A program made the translations under genes and the position numbers. From Candidatus Nomurabacteria bacterium CG1_02_43_90 (GTDB taxonomy: Bacteria > Patescibacteriota > Minisyncoccia > Phycocordibacterales > UBA1550): a stretch of 64,000 nt of DNA. The notes under the pieces are model-generated. The model did not search any database. It was not told the DNA's origin and saw only the letters and a list, made by a program, of their open reading frames with translations. Shown piece after piece: positions 38,495 through 47,920 of this stretch. The DNA lies in NCBI GenBank assembly GCA_001871765.1, contig MNVN01000010.1, positions 74-64,073 on the forward strand. Reading direction: 5' to 3'. Within the stretch, counting starts at the first letter, position 1, and each line of letters begins with the position of its first letter.

Positions 38495-38594
38495 CCCGTC
38501 ATATGCAATACATCCCCAACGGCTCAAATGGGCGGAAATGAGCCGTTGGAGTTTGGTAAAAAACTTGGTGTCGAGGTATACTATATGAAATCGC

Positions 38595-39809
38595 ATGCCA
38601 AAATTTATTTATAAAATACGGGAGAGTTCGGGAGAAGAAGTTTCGGGAGAACAAGAAGGTGCAGACCGTTTTGTGGTCGCTACTGAATTGCGCGGGGAGG
38701 GCAAGACCGTGATTTCCGTGGAGGAAGTTAAAAGCGGTTTTTCTTTTGATATGGAAGCAATTAACGTAATGCTTTCTCATGTAAAAACACAGGAGCTTAT
38801 TGTTTTTTCTCACAACCTGAGCACGATGATGAGGGCGGGTATTTCACTCTCTCGCGGACTTGTCATTCTTGAGCGTCAAACAAAGAACGCTTCATTCAAA
38901 GTAACCCTCAAAACTCTTGCCGAGGAGATTAGTCGCGGTTCGACGCTCTCGGCAGGGATGGCAAAATTCCCTAAAGTTTTTTCGCCAGTGTTTGTGTCGA
39001 TGGTGCGTGCGGGAGAAGAGTCAGGTGGCCTCTCCGATGCATTATTGGTCCTTGGTGACCAACTTGAAAAAAGTTATTTGCTCAAAAAGAAAATCAAGGG
39101 GGCAATGATGTACCCTTCGATTGTGGTGACCACGCTTTTGGTGATTGGGGTACTTATGTTTATGTTTGTTGTCCCTACCCTTGCGGTAACTTTTAAGGAA
39201 CTAAACACAGAACTTCCTGCCAGCACCAAGGCAATTATTTGGATTAGTGATTTTCTCACCAATCACTTAATTTTAGGTATTTTTGCGGTACTGGGAGTTG
39301 GTGCTTCCTTTGTGGTGATCCTTCGAACAAAGGGCGGGCATCGGGCCTTTGAAACGGTACTTTTCCGCCTACCTATTGTGGGCGAATTGGTGCGACAGTC
39401 AAATGCGGCAATGACCACACGCACGATGTCCTCGCTCCTTTCTTCGGGAGTTGATATGGTCGAGGCTATTAGTATTACCAAAGATGTTTTGCAAAATTCA
39501 TACTATAAAGACTTAATGGCTCTTGCGAGCGACCACATACAAAAAGGTATACCGCTCTCATCTGTTTTTTCGGGAACAAATATTTACCCTATCTTGGTCG
39601 GAGACATGATTGAGGTGGGAGAAGAAACTGGCAAACTCTCGGAGATGCTTCTCAACGTGGCGCATTTTTATGAAGCTGAAGTGGATGATGCCACAAAAAA
39701 TATGTCGACGATTATTGAGCCATTGCTCATGGTGTTCATCGGTGCTTCGGTCGGCTTCTTTGCAGTGTCGATGATTTCTCCGATGTACTCGGTAATGAGT
39801 AATATATAG
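38595..39809 (+). CDS. pilC: type IV pilus platform protein PilC/GspF
   Basis: MVRAGEESG, GAMMYP, VGEETGKL, IEPLLMV. Confidence 0.95.
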   Translation: MPKFIYKIRESSGEEVSGEQEGADRFVVATELRGEGKTVISVEEVKSGFSFDMEAINVMLSHVKTQELIVFSHNLSTMMRAGISLSRGLVILERQTKNASFKVTLKTLAEEISRGSTLSAGMAKFPKVFSPVFVSMVRAGEESGGLSDALLVLGDQLEKSYLLKKKIKGAMMYPSIVVTTLLVIGVLMFMFVVPTLAVTFKELNTELPASTKAIIWISDFLTNHLILGIFAVLGVGASFVVILRTKGGHRAFETVLFRLPIVGELVRQSNAAMTTRTMSSLLSSGVDMVEAISITKDVLQNSYYKDLMALASDHIQKGIPLSSVFSGTNIYPILVGDMIEVGEETGKLSEMLLNVAHFYEAEVDDATKNMSTIIEPLLMVFIGASVGFFAVSMISPMYSVMSNI

Positions 39810-39852
39810 CGAAGTACTTCTTGGCGAAGAATCTAAGAAAAGAGTAACACCC

Positions 39853-40347
39853 ATGCACCACCAAGGAAAAAAAATAAAAAATACCGCCCTCTCTTTTTCC
39901 TCGCGAGGATTTTCTGCTCTCGAGATTCTTGTGGTCATGGGAATACTTGCGGTCCTGCTCTCATCTATCATCCCTTCTTTTTTAAATTTTCGGCGTAATA
40001 CTATCCTTAACACCGAAACACAAGAATTAATGACGATCATCAATCGCGCACGACTCCTTTCAGTATCTTCAAAAAATGATCAGCCGTTTGGTGTTCATCT
40101 CGAATCGGGGAAGGCGGTTCTTTTCGAGGGTGTTACCTATTCTGCTGTTTCTGCGACGAACGACGCACACGTGTTTGACCCCAGCCTCACCCTTGTGTTT
40201 GCCGTGGGTGGCGGAGGTGCGGAGGTGCTTTTTCAAAAGGTTACCGGGGCAACAAATCAAGATGCGACAACCACGCTCTTGGTTACCGGAACCACCGGAA
40301 GTACGACAATTCACGTATTTCCTACCGGCATTGCTTCGATCCAGTAA
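39853..40347 (+). CDS. type IV minor pilin (FimT/FimU-like)
   Basis: Class III signal peptide RG/FSALEILVV. Confidence 0.85.
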   Translation: MHHQGKKIKNTALSFSSRGFSALEILVVMGILAVLLSSIIPSFLNFRRNTILNTETQELMTIINRARLLSVSSKNDQPFGVHLESGKAVLFEGVTYSAVSATNDAHVFDPSLTLVFAVGGGGAEVLFQKVTGATNQDATTTLLVTGTTGSTTIHVFPTGIASIQ

Positions 40348-40370
40348 CGTATCGATAAAAAAGTAAAAAA

Positions 40371-40880
40371 ATGAATACTACTCAATTATCAATTTTTCCC
40401 CCCCACACGTTCTCCTCCCGCGGATTTGGTATGGTGGAAATGCTCGTTGGTGCGGCGGTGCTGTCGGTTTCACTACTCGGCATTTCTTATTTTTTTCAAA
40501 CAACGTTACGTGCGAGCGGTGTTACTCAGTCGGCGATTCAAGGGGATTACCTTCTTGAAGAGGGAGTAGAGGCAACAAAAATATTTCGTGATATGAGTTA
40601 CACAAATAATTTTATGAAAATGTCTACCACGACAACGTACTATTTTGCATGGAATGGTACAAACTGGGCAACAACCACGACGAACACGCTCATTGACGGG
40701 AAGTTTGAAAGAAAATTTACCCTTACCGATGTGAAACGAGATTTGAATAACGATATTGCCACGACCGGAACCTATGACCCCGATATAAAGCTTGTGACCG
40801 TATCCGTTGCCTGGAGTGGCTCTCTTGGAACAACGACTCGCACAATACAGACCTATGTCACTAATATCTTTAATAATTAA
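40371..40880 (+). CDS. type IV minor pilin (PilV-like)
   Basis: RG/FGMVEMLVG, LLEEGVE, KLVTVSVAW. Confidence 0.85.
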   Translation: MNTTQLSIFPPHTFSSRGFGMVEMLVGAAVLSVSLLGISYFFQTTLRASGVTQSAIQGDYLLEEGVEATKIFRDMSYTNNFMKMSTTTTYYFAWNGTNWATTTTNTLIDGKFERKFTLTDVKRDLNNDIATTGTYDPDIKLVTVSVAWSGSLGTTTRTIQTYVTNIFNN

Positions 40881-40882
40881 GT

Positions 40883-41452
40883 ATGATATTTTTTAATAAA
40901 AAAATGGAGGGCGCAGGGCACGGGAAAATTTCTTTTTCAAAGAAATTTTCCCGTGGATTCACCTTAGTAGAAATGGTTATCTACATCGCTTTTTTTGCAC
41001 TGCTCTCGACCTTGGCAATAGAGGCAACCATTGTAGTCATGCGTTCTTTTTATACACTTCGTCTCACGCAGAGCGTAGATCAGTCCGCAACGGTTGCACT
41101 CGAGCGGTTGAGCCATGAAATACGAAATGCTTATGACTTCGATCCTACACAGAGTGTCCTCGGTACTAATCCTGGAAGGTTGACGTTGAATACGAAGGAC
41201 GCGACGGGGTCAAATACAACGGTTGAATTTTATGTGGATGCAGCGCAACAACTTCATCTGCGTGAAGGGGGAGTAGAGGTAGGAGTCTTGGTAAATAAGA
41301 GTGTTTCACTCCCTAACCTCATCTTCCGCTTGGTCGCTACCCCCAATTCAAAGGCAATAAAAGTTGAGATAACTATTAAGGATTCTCGGACGAACATAAG
41401 CCAAATGGTAAAATTTTATGATACAATAGTATTGCGAGGCTCGGTACATTAA
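40883..41452 (+). CDS. type IV minor pilin (PilW-like)
   Basis: RG/FTLVEMVIY, ALERLSHEIRNA. Confidence 0.85.
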   Translation: MIFFNKKMEGAGHGKISFSKKFSRGFTLVEMVIYIAFFALLSTLAIEATIVVMRSFYTLRLTQSVDQSATVALERLSHEIRNAYDFDPTQSVLGTNPGRLTLNTKDATGSNTTVEFYVDAAQQLHLREGGVEVGVLVNKSVSLPNLIFRLVATPNSKAIKVEITIKDSRTNISQMVKFYDTIVLRGSVH

Positions 41453-41475
41453 TTAGTAATTAAAGATCTAAGGGA

Positions 41476-42798
41476 ATGAGTTATCAAAAAAAAAGTATTT
41501 CTCGGAATCGCGGTGCTGCAATTATCACCGCCGTCTTGTTTTTTGTTGTTATTAGTATCACGATGGCCATCGGCCTTTCTTCCCCCGTCGTGCGGGAATA
41601 CGTGACTTCTCGTGATTTCGCAAAATCAAAAGGAGCTTACTATCTCTCTGAAGCAGGAAACGAAGATGCGCTCTATCGCATAAAGAACAATAAATCAATC
41701 GGCGCACAAGAAGTCATTTTCCTGAATGGGAATTATGCGACGACGACGATTACCAATACGAGCGCCACACAAAAGGACATTGGTTCTCTGGGTGATATTG
41801 TGTTCAATACACGACGCGTGAAGTCAACGCTCACTACTTCGAGTGGCGCTTCTTTTAGCTACGGAGTGCAAGCAGGGGACGGAGGAGTTCTTTTGCAAAA
41901 TAGCGCAACGATTACGGGTAGTATTTTTTCCTCAGGTCCCATTATCGGAGCAAATAATTTAATTACCGATACGGTAATTTCAGGAGGGACGACGGGCCTC
42001 AACGGATCTATTCAGGGAATTCAAAACCAAGGAGGAAGCTCTATGTACGCAGGAACGATTCGGGGCTCCACCATTTCAGGGAGTGCTTACTGCAATACAA
42101 TATCAGGGTCAAATAAAGCATCTTGTCAGCCACTCGCTGCACAGACTGCACAACCATTCCCCATTGGCGCACAAGAAATTGCAAACTATGAAGCTACTGC
42201 TCTTGCGGGAGGTACGGCTGTTTGCTCGAGCGGCAAGTACACTATCTCAAGTTCCGTAAACCTTGGCCCTAAAAAAATTCCTTGTGACTTGTTTATCAAC
42301 GGTACGGCGACAGGAGGTGGACCAGTGATTACCTTGGGAGGACATGTCTGGGTTGCCGGGAATATCAATATCAAAAATCACGCGACACTACGGATTGACC
42401 CAACTCTTACGGGTCAATCCGTAGTGATGGTCGCTGATAATCCGTCAGGGAATTTGAATAGTAGCACGATAGGTATCGAAGGAAGTGGACTCAACTTCGT
42501 AGGTGCTCCGGGGGGAAATTCTTGGATTACCCTTATTTCCGAAAACATAGGTGCTTCACAGGGTAACCCCAATGAAGCAATTGAGCTTGAAAATGGTGCG
42601 CAAGGAGACATTATTCTGTATGCGCGATTGGGAGACATTAAGCTCAAGAATAATGCATCTGTACAGGAGGTAACGGGGTATAAGATTACTCTTCAGAACA
42701 GTGCCAATGTTACCTATGCGACAGGGCTCCGTAATGTGCTCTTTACATCAAGCGTAGGTGGGTCCTGGACGATTCAGGACTGGAAGGAGGGGCAATAA
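41476..42798 (+). CDS. PilX-like minor pilin with large beta-rich C-terminal domain
   Basis: RG/AAIITAVLF, AYYLSEAGNEDA, terminal WKE. Confidence 0.8.
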   Translation: MSYQKKSISRNRGAAIITAVLFFVVISITMAIGLSSPVVREYVTSRDFAKSKGAYYLSEAGNEDALYRIKNNKSIGAQEVIFLNGNYATTTITNTSATQKDIGSLGDIVFNTRRVKSTLTTSSGASFSYGVQAGDGGVLLQNSATITGSIFSSGPIIGANNLITDTVISGGTTGLNGSIQGIQNQGGSSMYAGTIRGSTISGSAYCNTISGSNKASCQPLAAQTAQPFPIGAQEIANYEATALAGGTAVCSSGKYTISSSVNLGPKKIPCDLFINGTATGGGPVITLGGHVWVAGNINIKNHATLRIDPTLTGQSVVMVADNPSGNLNSSTIGIEGSGLNFVGAPGGNSWITLISENIGASQGNPNEAIELENGAQGDIILYARLGDIKLKNNASVQEVTGYKITLQNSANVTYATGLRNVLFTSSVGGSWTIQDWKEGQ

Positions 42799-42896
42799 GA
42801 TGCACGTGCAGAATGTTGAGGAAAAGAAGAAGCGTGAAAAATGCAGAGCTATGCTCTGCATTTTTCACGCCCAAAACTCTGTGATACAATATCACT

Positions 42897-43664
42897 ATGA
42901 AATCAAAAAAACTTATCATCGGCAATTGGAAAATGTACCCCGTAAACATGAAGGACGCGAAAGCGACATTCAGTGCTATCAAAAAAGTAGCGAGCACTCT
43001 GCGTAACGTGCAGACGGTAATTTGCCCTCCGTTTATTTATGTAAGCGAACTCAAGAAACTCGTAACAGGACACCGTGTCGTCATTGGCGCACAAAACGTA
43101 TGGACTGAAAATGAGGGCGCTTACACAGGAGAAATATCTCCCACCATGCTTACCTCACTTGGTGCTACTTATGTAATCCTTGGACATTCAGAACGTCGCG
43201 CGATGGGGGAGGCAGATGAATTGATAAATAAAAAAGTACTCGCCGCCTTCAAAGCAGGTCTTACTGTAGTACTTTGTGTGGGAGAGAGTATGCGTGATCC
43301 CGACGGTCTATATATGAAATTTATCGCAACCCAAATGCAAACAGCCCTCCACGGTGTTCAGAAAAAAGATTTGTCACAGATGGTCATTGCCTACGAACCC
43401 ATTTGGGCAATAGGGAAGCACGCCACACGCCCTGCACTCCCCGAAGATGTACTTGAGATTTCCATTCTCATCAAGAAAACGCTCGCTGATTTGTACGCAA
43501 AAGATGGTGCCACCGTACCCATACTCTATGGAGGTTCTGTCGATGCAAAAAATGCATGGGAGTTCCTTTTGAAATCTCAAGTCGATGGACTTCTCGTCGG
43601 TCGCGCAAGTTTAGATGCAAAAGTGTTTGGCGAAATACTCTTGAGTGCTGACAAGGTGAAGTAG
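42897..43664 (+). CDS. tpiA: triosephosphate isomerase
   Basis: GNWKM, GAYTGEIS, GHSERR, AYEPIWAIG, LYGGSV, LVGRASL. Confidence 0.97.
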   Translation: MKSKKLIIGNWKMYPVNMKDAKATFSAIKKVASTLRNVQTVICPPFIYVSELKKLVTGHRVVIGAQNVWTENEGAYTGEISPTMLTSLGATYVILGHSERRAMGEADELINKKVLAAFKAGLTVVLCVGESMRDPDGLYMKFIATQMQTALHGVQKKDLSQMVIAYEPIWAIGKHATRPALPEDVLEISILIKKTLADLYAKDGATVPILYGGSVDAKNAWEFLLKSQVDGLLVGRASLDAKVFGEILLSADKVK

Positions 43665-43706
43665 AGCTCCCTTTCTAAAAAGCTCGAAGTTGATTACGGT
43701 AAACTA

Positions 43707-43904
43707 TTGACAAATCCTCAATTTAGGGTATACAGTACATAGTTATCTGAGCGTAGTCATAGCCAAAAGATGCTGATTTTTATAAGAGAAAAATCTTTTG
43801 AGGGGAGATTGGCATTTCCTGGCTATGACTACTTATCAGTTTTAGCTCCTTATCTCACGGACAGCGAGAAACTATGAGCGAAGAGCTCTTTATGAGGAGG
43901 TCAT
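43707..43904 (+). promoter_or_regulatory. promoter and structured 5' leader with strong SD
   Basis: TTGACA 43707; 13-bp stem gtagtcatagcca (43753) / tggctatgactac (43820); AGGAGGT 43895. Confidence 0.6.
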
Positions 43905-44471
43905 ATGAACACCAGAGAATTAACGTCTGATGAAGCTAACGCAATCAATGTCCTTACTGGTGGAGAAGGACCAAAAGTGTTCATCCATACCGGTTTTGAA
44001 TTGAGACAAATAAAACAAAACCCCCCACTCCGACTACTATCATCTTCTGAAACCATTGTTATTCCTGCTTGCAACGGTACACAAACCTTGGCACAAGCCA
44101 AGCAAGCGTTCCCGTCGGGTATTGACGCCGACTTCAAAAACTGGGGGCTCGACACAAGAGGGTCGGCGACAGAAGAAACCGCAGTTTCGGTTTATGAATT
44201 ATGTGAGGGAGCCACTTCCACAAGGATCTTCGGAACTCTCGGAACCGATTTGAATGACGTGTGTCTCACTCAGCACCAGATTATAAAATTCTGCGAAGAA
44301 AATCGAAAATGGCTCCGTCTTGCGCATACTATCTTCTTGTTCAGGGCCGAAGGTAACTTCTTTGTTGCTCACGCGGGCGACAATGGCTTACGTATCCACG
44401 TTCGTCGACTCGGGCATATTGACGTTTGGAACATCGCCCGCGCTCATCGCGTTGTAGTTCCGCTACTTTAA
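43905..44471 (+). CDS. DGR target-like variable protein (CPR type)
   Basis: IDADFKNWG, VYEL, CLTQHQIIKFC, WLR, IFLF, FFVA...VW...HRVVVP C-terminus; downstream hairpin 44493-44526. Confidence 0.7.
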   Translation: MNTRELTSDEANAINVLTGGEGPKVFIHTGFELRQIKQNPPLRLLSSSETIVIPACNGTQTLAQAKQAFPSGIDADFKNWGLDTRGSATEETAVSVYELCEGATSTRIFGTLGTDLNDVCLTQHQIIKFCEENRKWLRLAHTIFLFRAEGNFFVAHAGDNGLRIHVRRLGHIDVWNIARAHRVVVPLL

Positions 44472-44566
44472 CAAAAAGATTAACACCTCTTTAGCCCCTG
44501 TTTCGAATTAATTCGGAATAGGGGCTTTTTACTACAGCATTTTAAAAGTTGTGATATTATAAAGGC

Positions 44567-45721
44567 ATGAAACAAATAATAATACCGAACATAAAAGATG
44601 TTAAAAATTTAAAAGGGAAGCGTGTGGTACTCCGCCTCGATTTCAATGTACCGATTAAGAATGGCAAAATAGTAGAAACCATGCGTATCGACCGTGCGAT
44701 GCCAACGGTGGAGTTTTTGATAAAGAAAAAGGCGCGCGTAATTATTCTCTCACATATTGGCAAGGATGCTTCGCAGTCACTTCAGCCCGTAGTCCGCTAT
44801 TTGGCAAAAAAGATAAAGGTGGGATTTGTTCCTGATTTTCGCACGGCGCAAGCACGCACGGTTGTGGATGGGTTGTCTGAAGGTGGGGTCGTCGTATTCG
44901 AGAACCTTCGCCTTGATGACCGAGAGACAGAGAATGATGCCGATTTTGCAAAGTACCTTGCATCCTTTGGTGACCTGTATGTGAACGATGCCTTTGCAGT
45001 ATCACATCGTGCACACGCTTCGGTGGTGGGGATCACACACTACTTGCCAAGCTACGTCGGATTCCTTATTGCTAGTGAGATCAAGCACCTCTCTCTTGCC
45101 CTCAGCCCCAAGCACCCATTCCTATTTATCCTTGGTGGTGCAAAGTTTGAAACCAAGATGCCACTGATGAAAAAGTTTATGAAGATTGCCGATCAGGTTT
45201 TTGTGGGCGGTATCCTCGCGAACGATTTTTTCCACGATGTCGGACTCGAAGTAGGGAAGTCCTTTGTCGATAAATATGATTTTAAGCTCACGCCACTTTT
45301 GAAGAAAGGGAAAATTATTTTGCCGCATGATGTGGTGGTGAAAAATGCGGAAACAAAAAAAGTTTCTACAAAACAAATTGATGAGTTGTCGACAGGAGAA
45401 AGTATCGTTGACGTAGGACCCGAGACGATCAAGAACCTCATTCCGCTCATTAAGAAAACAAAACTCATTGTGTGGAACGGACCACTTGGTTTTTACGAAG
45501 AAGGATTTGATAAAGGGACAATTGCTCTCCTCAAGGTGATTGCAGATGCACGTGCAACATCAATCATAGGGGGTGGAGACACTGCCGTCATTGTCGATAA
45601 GTTAGGTATTGGTAAAAAGCTTACGTTCGTTTCAACAGGCGGTGGTGCCACACTCGACTATCTCGAGAACGGCAAGCTTGTAGGATTGGATGCAATTATA
45701 AAGTGTAAGAAGCGGAAGTAA
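44567..45721 (+). CDS. pgk: phosphoglycerate kinase
   Basis: RLDFNVP, ENLR, VNDAFAVSHRAHAS, LGGAK, WNGPLG, GGGDT, STGGGA. Confidence 0.97.
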   Translation: MKQIIIPNIKDVKNLKGKRVVLRLDFNVPIKNGKIVETMRIDRAMPTVEFLIKKKARVIILSHIGKDASQSLQPVVRYLAKKIKVGFVPDFRTAQARTVVDGLSEGGVVVFENLRLDDRETENDADFAKYLASFGDLYVNDAFAVSHRAHASVVGITHYLPSYVGFLIASEIKHLSLALSPKHPFLFILGGAKFETKMPLMKKFMKIADQVFVGGILANDFFHDVGLEVGKSFVDKYDFKLTPLLKKGKIILPHDVVVKNAETKKVSTKQIDELSTGESIVDVGPETIKNLIPLIKKTKLIVWNGPLGFYEEGFDKGTIALLKVIADARATSIIGGGDTAVIVDKLGIGKKLTFVSTGGGATLDYLENGKLVGLDAIIKCKKRK

Positions 45722-45723
45722 AA

Positions 45724-45777
45724 AGTAAATAAAAACAACACGTAGCTCTTCGGAGCTACGTGTTGTTTTTATTTACT
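45724..45777. terminator. bidirectional terminator, 25-bp perfect stem with cUUCGg loop
   Basis: agtaaataaaaacaacacgtagctc-ttcg-gagctacgtgttgtttttatttact. Confidence 0.85.
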
Positions 45778-46138
45778 GGAGTGCTTCGAGTATTTTTTGT
45801 GCATTCTCCTCAAACGCCTTTTTGTCACCGAATGCTTTTTCAGGGTTGGGGAAAATCCAAATGTGTGCGTGCTCTACTTCTTCGCCGATAATTTTTGCAT
45901 ATACCTCATCTGTCCCCGATACTTTTTGTAGTGTGCGTGCAATCTTTTGTACTACCAAAAAGTATTGGTCGATTGCTTCGACATCCCAAACCCATCGATA
46001 ATGTTTTTTAGGGATGACAAGTGTGTGTCCCGGGGAGAGGGGGCGAATATCAAGGAACGCAAGAAAGTCTTCATCCTCGTATACTTTTGTGCAGGGGATT
46101 TCACTAGCGATGATTTTGCAGAAGAGGCAGTTGTCCAT
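45773..46138 (-). CDS. HIT family hydrolase (Hint-like)
   Basis: CLFCKI, AFLDIRP, GHTLVIPK, HAHIW. Confidence 0.93.
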   Translation of the reverse strand: MDNCLFCKIIASEIPCTKVYEDEDFLAFLDIRPLSPGHTLVIPKKHYRWVWDVEAIDQYFLVVQKIARTLQKVSGTDEVYAKIIGEEVEHAHIWIFPNPEKAFGDKKAFEENAQKILEALQ

Positions 46139-46151
46139 AGGTAAATAGTAT

Positions 46152-46215
46152 ACACCAAAGGGTGGGCATTTTTAAGGCGCCCAAAGGCGCCTTAAAAATG
46201 CCCACCCTTTGGTGT
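46152..46215. repeat. 30-bp perfect inverted repeat between divergent promoters
   Basis: acaccaaagggtgggcatttttaaggcgcc-caaa-ggcgccttaaaaatgcccaccctttggtgt. Confidence 0.9.
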
Positions 46216-46229
46216 GCTACAATGCAGGA

Positions 46230-47909
46230 ATGTCTTCTTTTTTATCAAATTACCCCGACCTTACTCAAACACTCCTGAAAAAACGTGGCATCATGACCGT
46301 GGCAGACGCGGAGTACTTTCTGCACCCCGATTTTGAACGCGACGTCCGCGATCCCTTTGGCATTTTGAATATGGAAAAATCGGTCGAGCGTATTTTGCGC
46401 GCGATTGACGGGGGGGAGAGGATTGCTGTCTATGCCGATTATGATTGTGACGGTATTCCTGGCGCGACCCTTTTCAATGATTTTTTGAAAAAAATAAAAT
46501 ATGAAAATTTCGAAGTATACATACCGCATCGAAATACCGAAGGATATGGTTTGAACAACAAAGCACTTGACCTTCTTGCTTCGCGTGGAGCAACACTCAT
46601 CATTACGATTGATTGTGGTATTGCCGACGTAGAAGAAGCTTCACACGCGCTCACTCTTGGTATTGACCTCATTATTACGGACCATCATCTTCCACAAGAT
46701 ATCCTGCCAAAGGCATTTACAATCATCAATTCAAAACAGGGGGATGACACGTATCATGACAATATGCTCTGTGGTGCGGGTGTCGCATGGAAGCTTGTTT
46801 CCGCGTTACTTGCACGCCGAGGTGAAACATGGGGCGTGCCTGCTGGTTGGGAGAAATGGCTTCTCGATATGGCGGGGCTTTCAACGATTGCCGACATGGT
46901 ACCTTTGCAACATGAGAATCGTGCCCTCGCGCAGTATGGTTTACGTGTTCTTCGCAAGTCGCGTCGCCCTGGTCTCCTCGCGCTTCTCGCAAAGATGGAC
47001 ATGCAACAAGCAAATATTGTGGAAGATGATATTGGTTTTATGATTGGTCCACGTATCAACGCGGCAAGCCGTATGGGGGAGCCTATGGATGCATTTCGAC
47101 TTCTCTCCGCAGATACACGCGCAGAAGCAGACATGTATGCAGATAAGCTTATCCATCTCAACGACGCGCGTAAGGGGCTCGTGGCAAGTATGGTTAAAGA
47201 AGCGCGCAAGCATTTAGAGGTGCGTGAACTCCGCGAAATTATCGTTATCGGTAACCCTCTCTGGAAGCCGGGACTCGTCGGACTTGTTGCTTCAAACCTG
47301 GTAGAGGCATACTCGCGAACGGTCTTTGTATGGGGGCGTACCGAGGATGGGGTGATTAAGGGATCATGTCGTTCTGACGGTACGGTCAATGTCGTACACC
47401 TCATGTCGAGTGTACGCGCAGGTGTCTTTGACGGAGTGGGAGGACATGAGGAAGCAGGAGGTTTTTCTGTTTCGAATGACTTCATCCACACTCTTGAAGA
47501 CGAGTTAGTTTTTACCTATCAAACGGTACGCAAAGAAAAAGAAGAGGCCGAGCTTGCCGTCGACGCAACGCTCACTCTCACTGAAGTGAATTGGACGAAC
47601 TGGAGACAAATCGAAATGTTTGCGCCCTTTGGTATGGGTAACCCGAAGCCGACGTTTCTTTTTGAAAACGTGAAACCTACAAATGTACGATACTTTGGAA
47701 AAGAGAAAACACACCTCGAACTTTCCTTTGAGGGTTCGTCTGTGAAAGCAATTTTATTTTTTGCAAAAACAAAAAATGAAGAGAACGCAAAGTACGATTT
47801 TCTTACTCCGGGAATAACTGTTGACCTTATTGCAAGGATGGAACTAAATACGTTTCGTAATAGTCGCGAGTTGCGGTTGAGAATTGTGGAAGTAATAAAA
47901 AGAGCGTAA
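46230..47909 (+). CDS. recJ: ssDNA exonuclease RecJ
   Basis: DYDCDG, EGYGLN, TIDCGI, TDHH, TIADMVPL, PRINAASR, GSCRS, GGHEEAGG. Confidence 0.96.
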   Translation: MSSFLSNYPDLTQTLLKKRGIMTVADAEYFLHPDFERDVRDPFGILNMEKSVERILRAIDGGERIAVYADYDCDGIPGATLFNDFLKKIKYENFEVYIPHRNTEGYGLNNKALDLLASRGATLIITIDCGIADVEEASHALTLGIDLIITDHHLPQDILPKAFTIINSKQGDDTYHDNMLCGAGVAWKLVSALLARRGETWGVPAGWEKWLLDMAGLSTIADMVPLQHENRALAQYGLRVLRKSRRPGLLALLAKMDMQQANIVEDDIGFMIGPRINAASRMGEPMDAFRLLSADTRAEADMYADKLIHLNDARKGLVASMVKEARKHLEVRELREIIVIGNPLWKPGLVGLVASNLVEAYSRTVFVWGRTEDGVIKGSCRSDGTVNVVHLMSSVRAGVFDGVGGHEEAGGFSVSNDFIHTLEDELVFTYQTVRKEKEEAELAVDATLTLTEVNWTNWRQIEMFAPFGMGNPKPTFLFENVKPTNVRYFGKEKTHLELSFEGSSVKAILFFAKTKNEENAKYDFLTPGITVDLIARMELNTFRNSRELRLRIVEVIKRA

Positions 47910-47920
47910 ACTAAATTATT

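Noticed and set aside
36727-47491. Long antisense ORFs (36727-37335, 46754-47491 and similar)
   Set aside because: Fully opposite conserved genes (pilB, recJ) and lacking recognisable motifs
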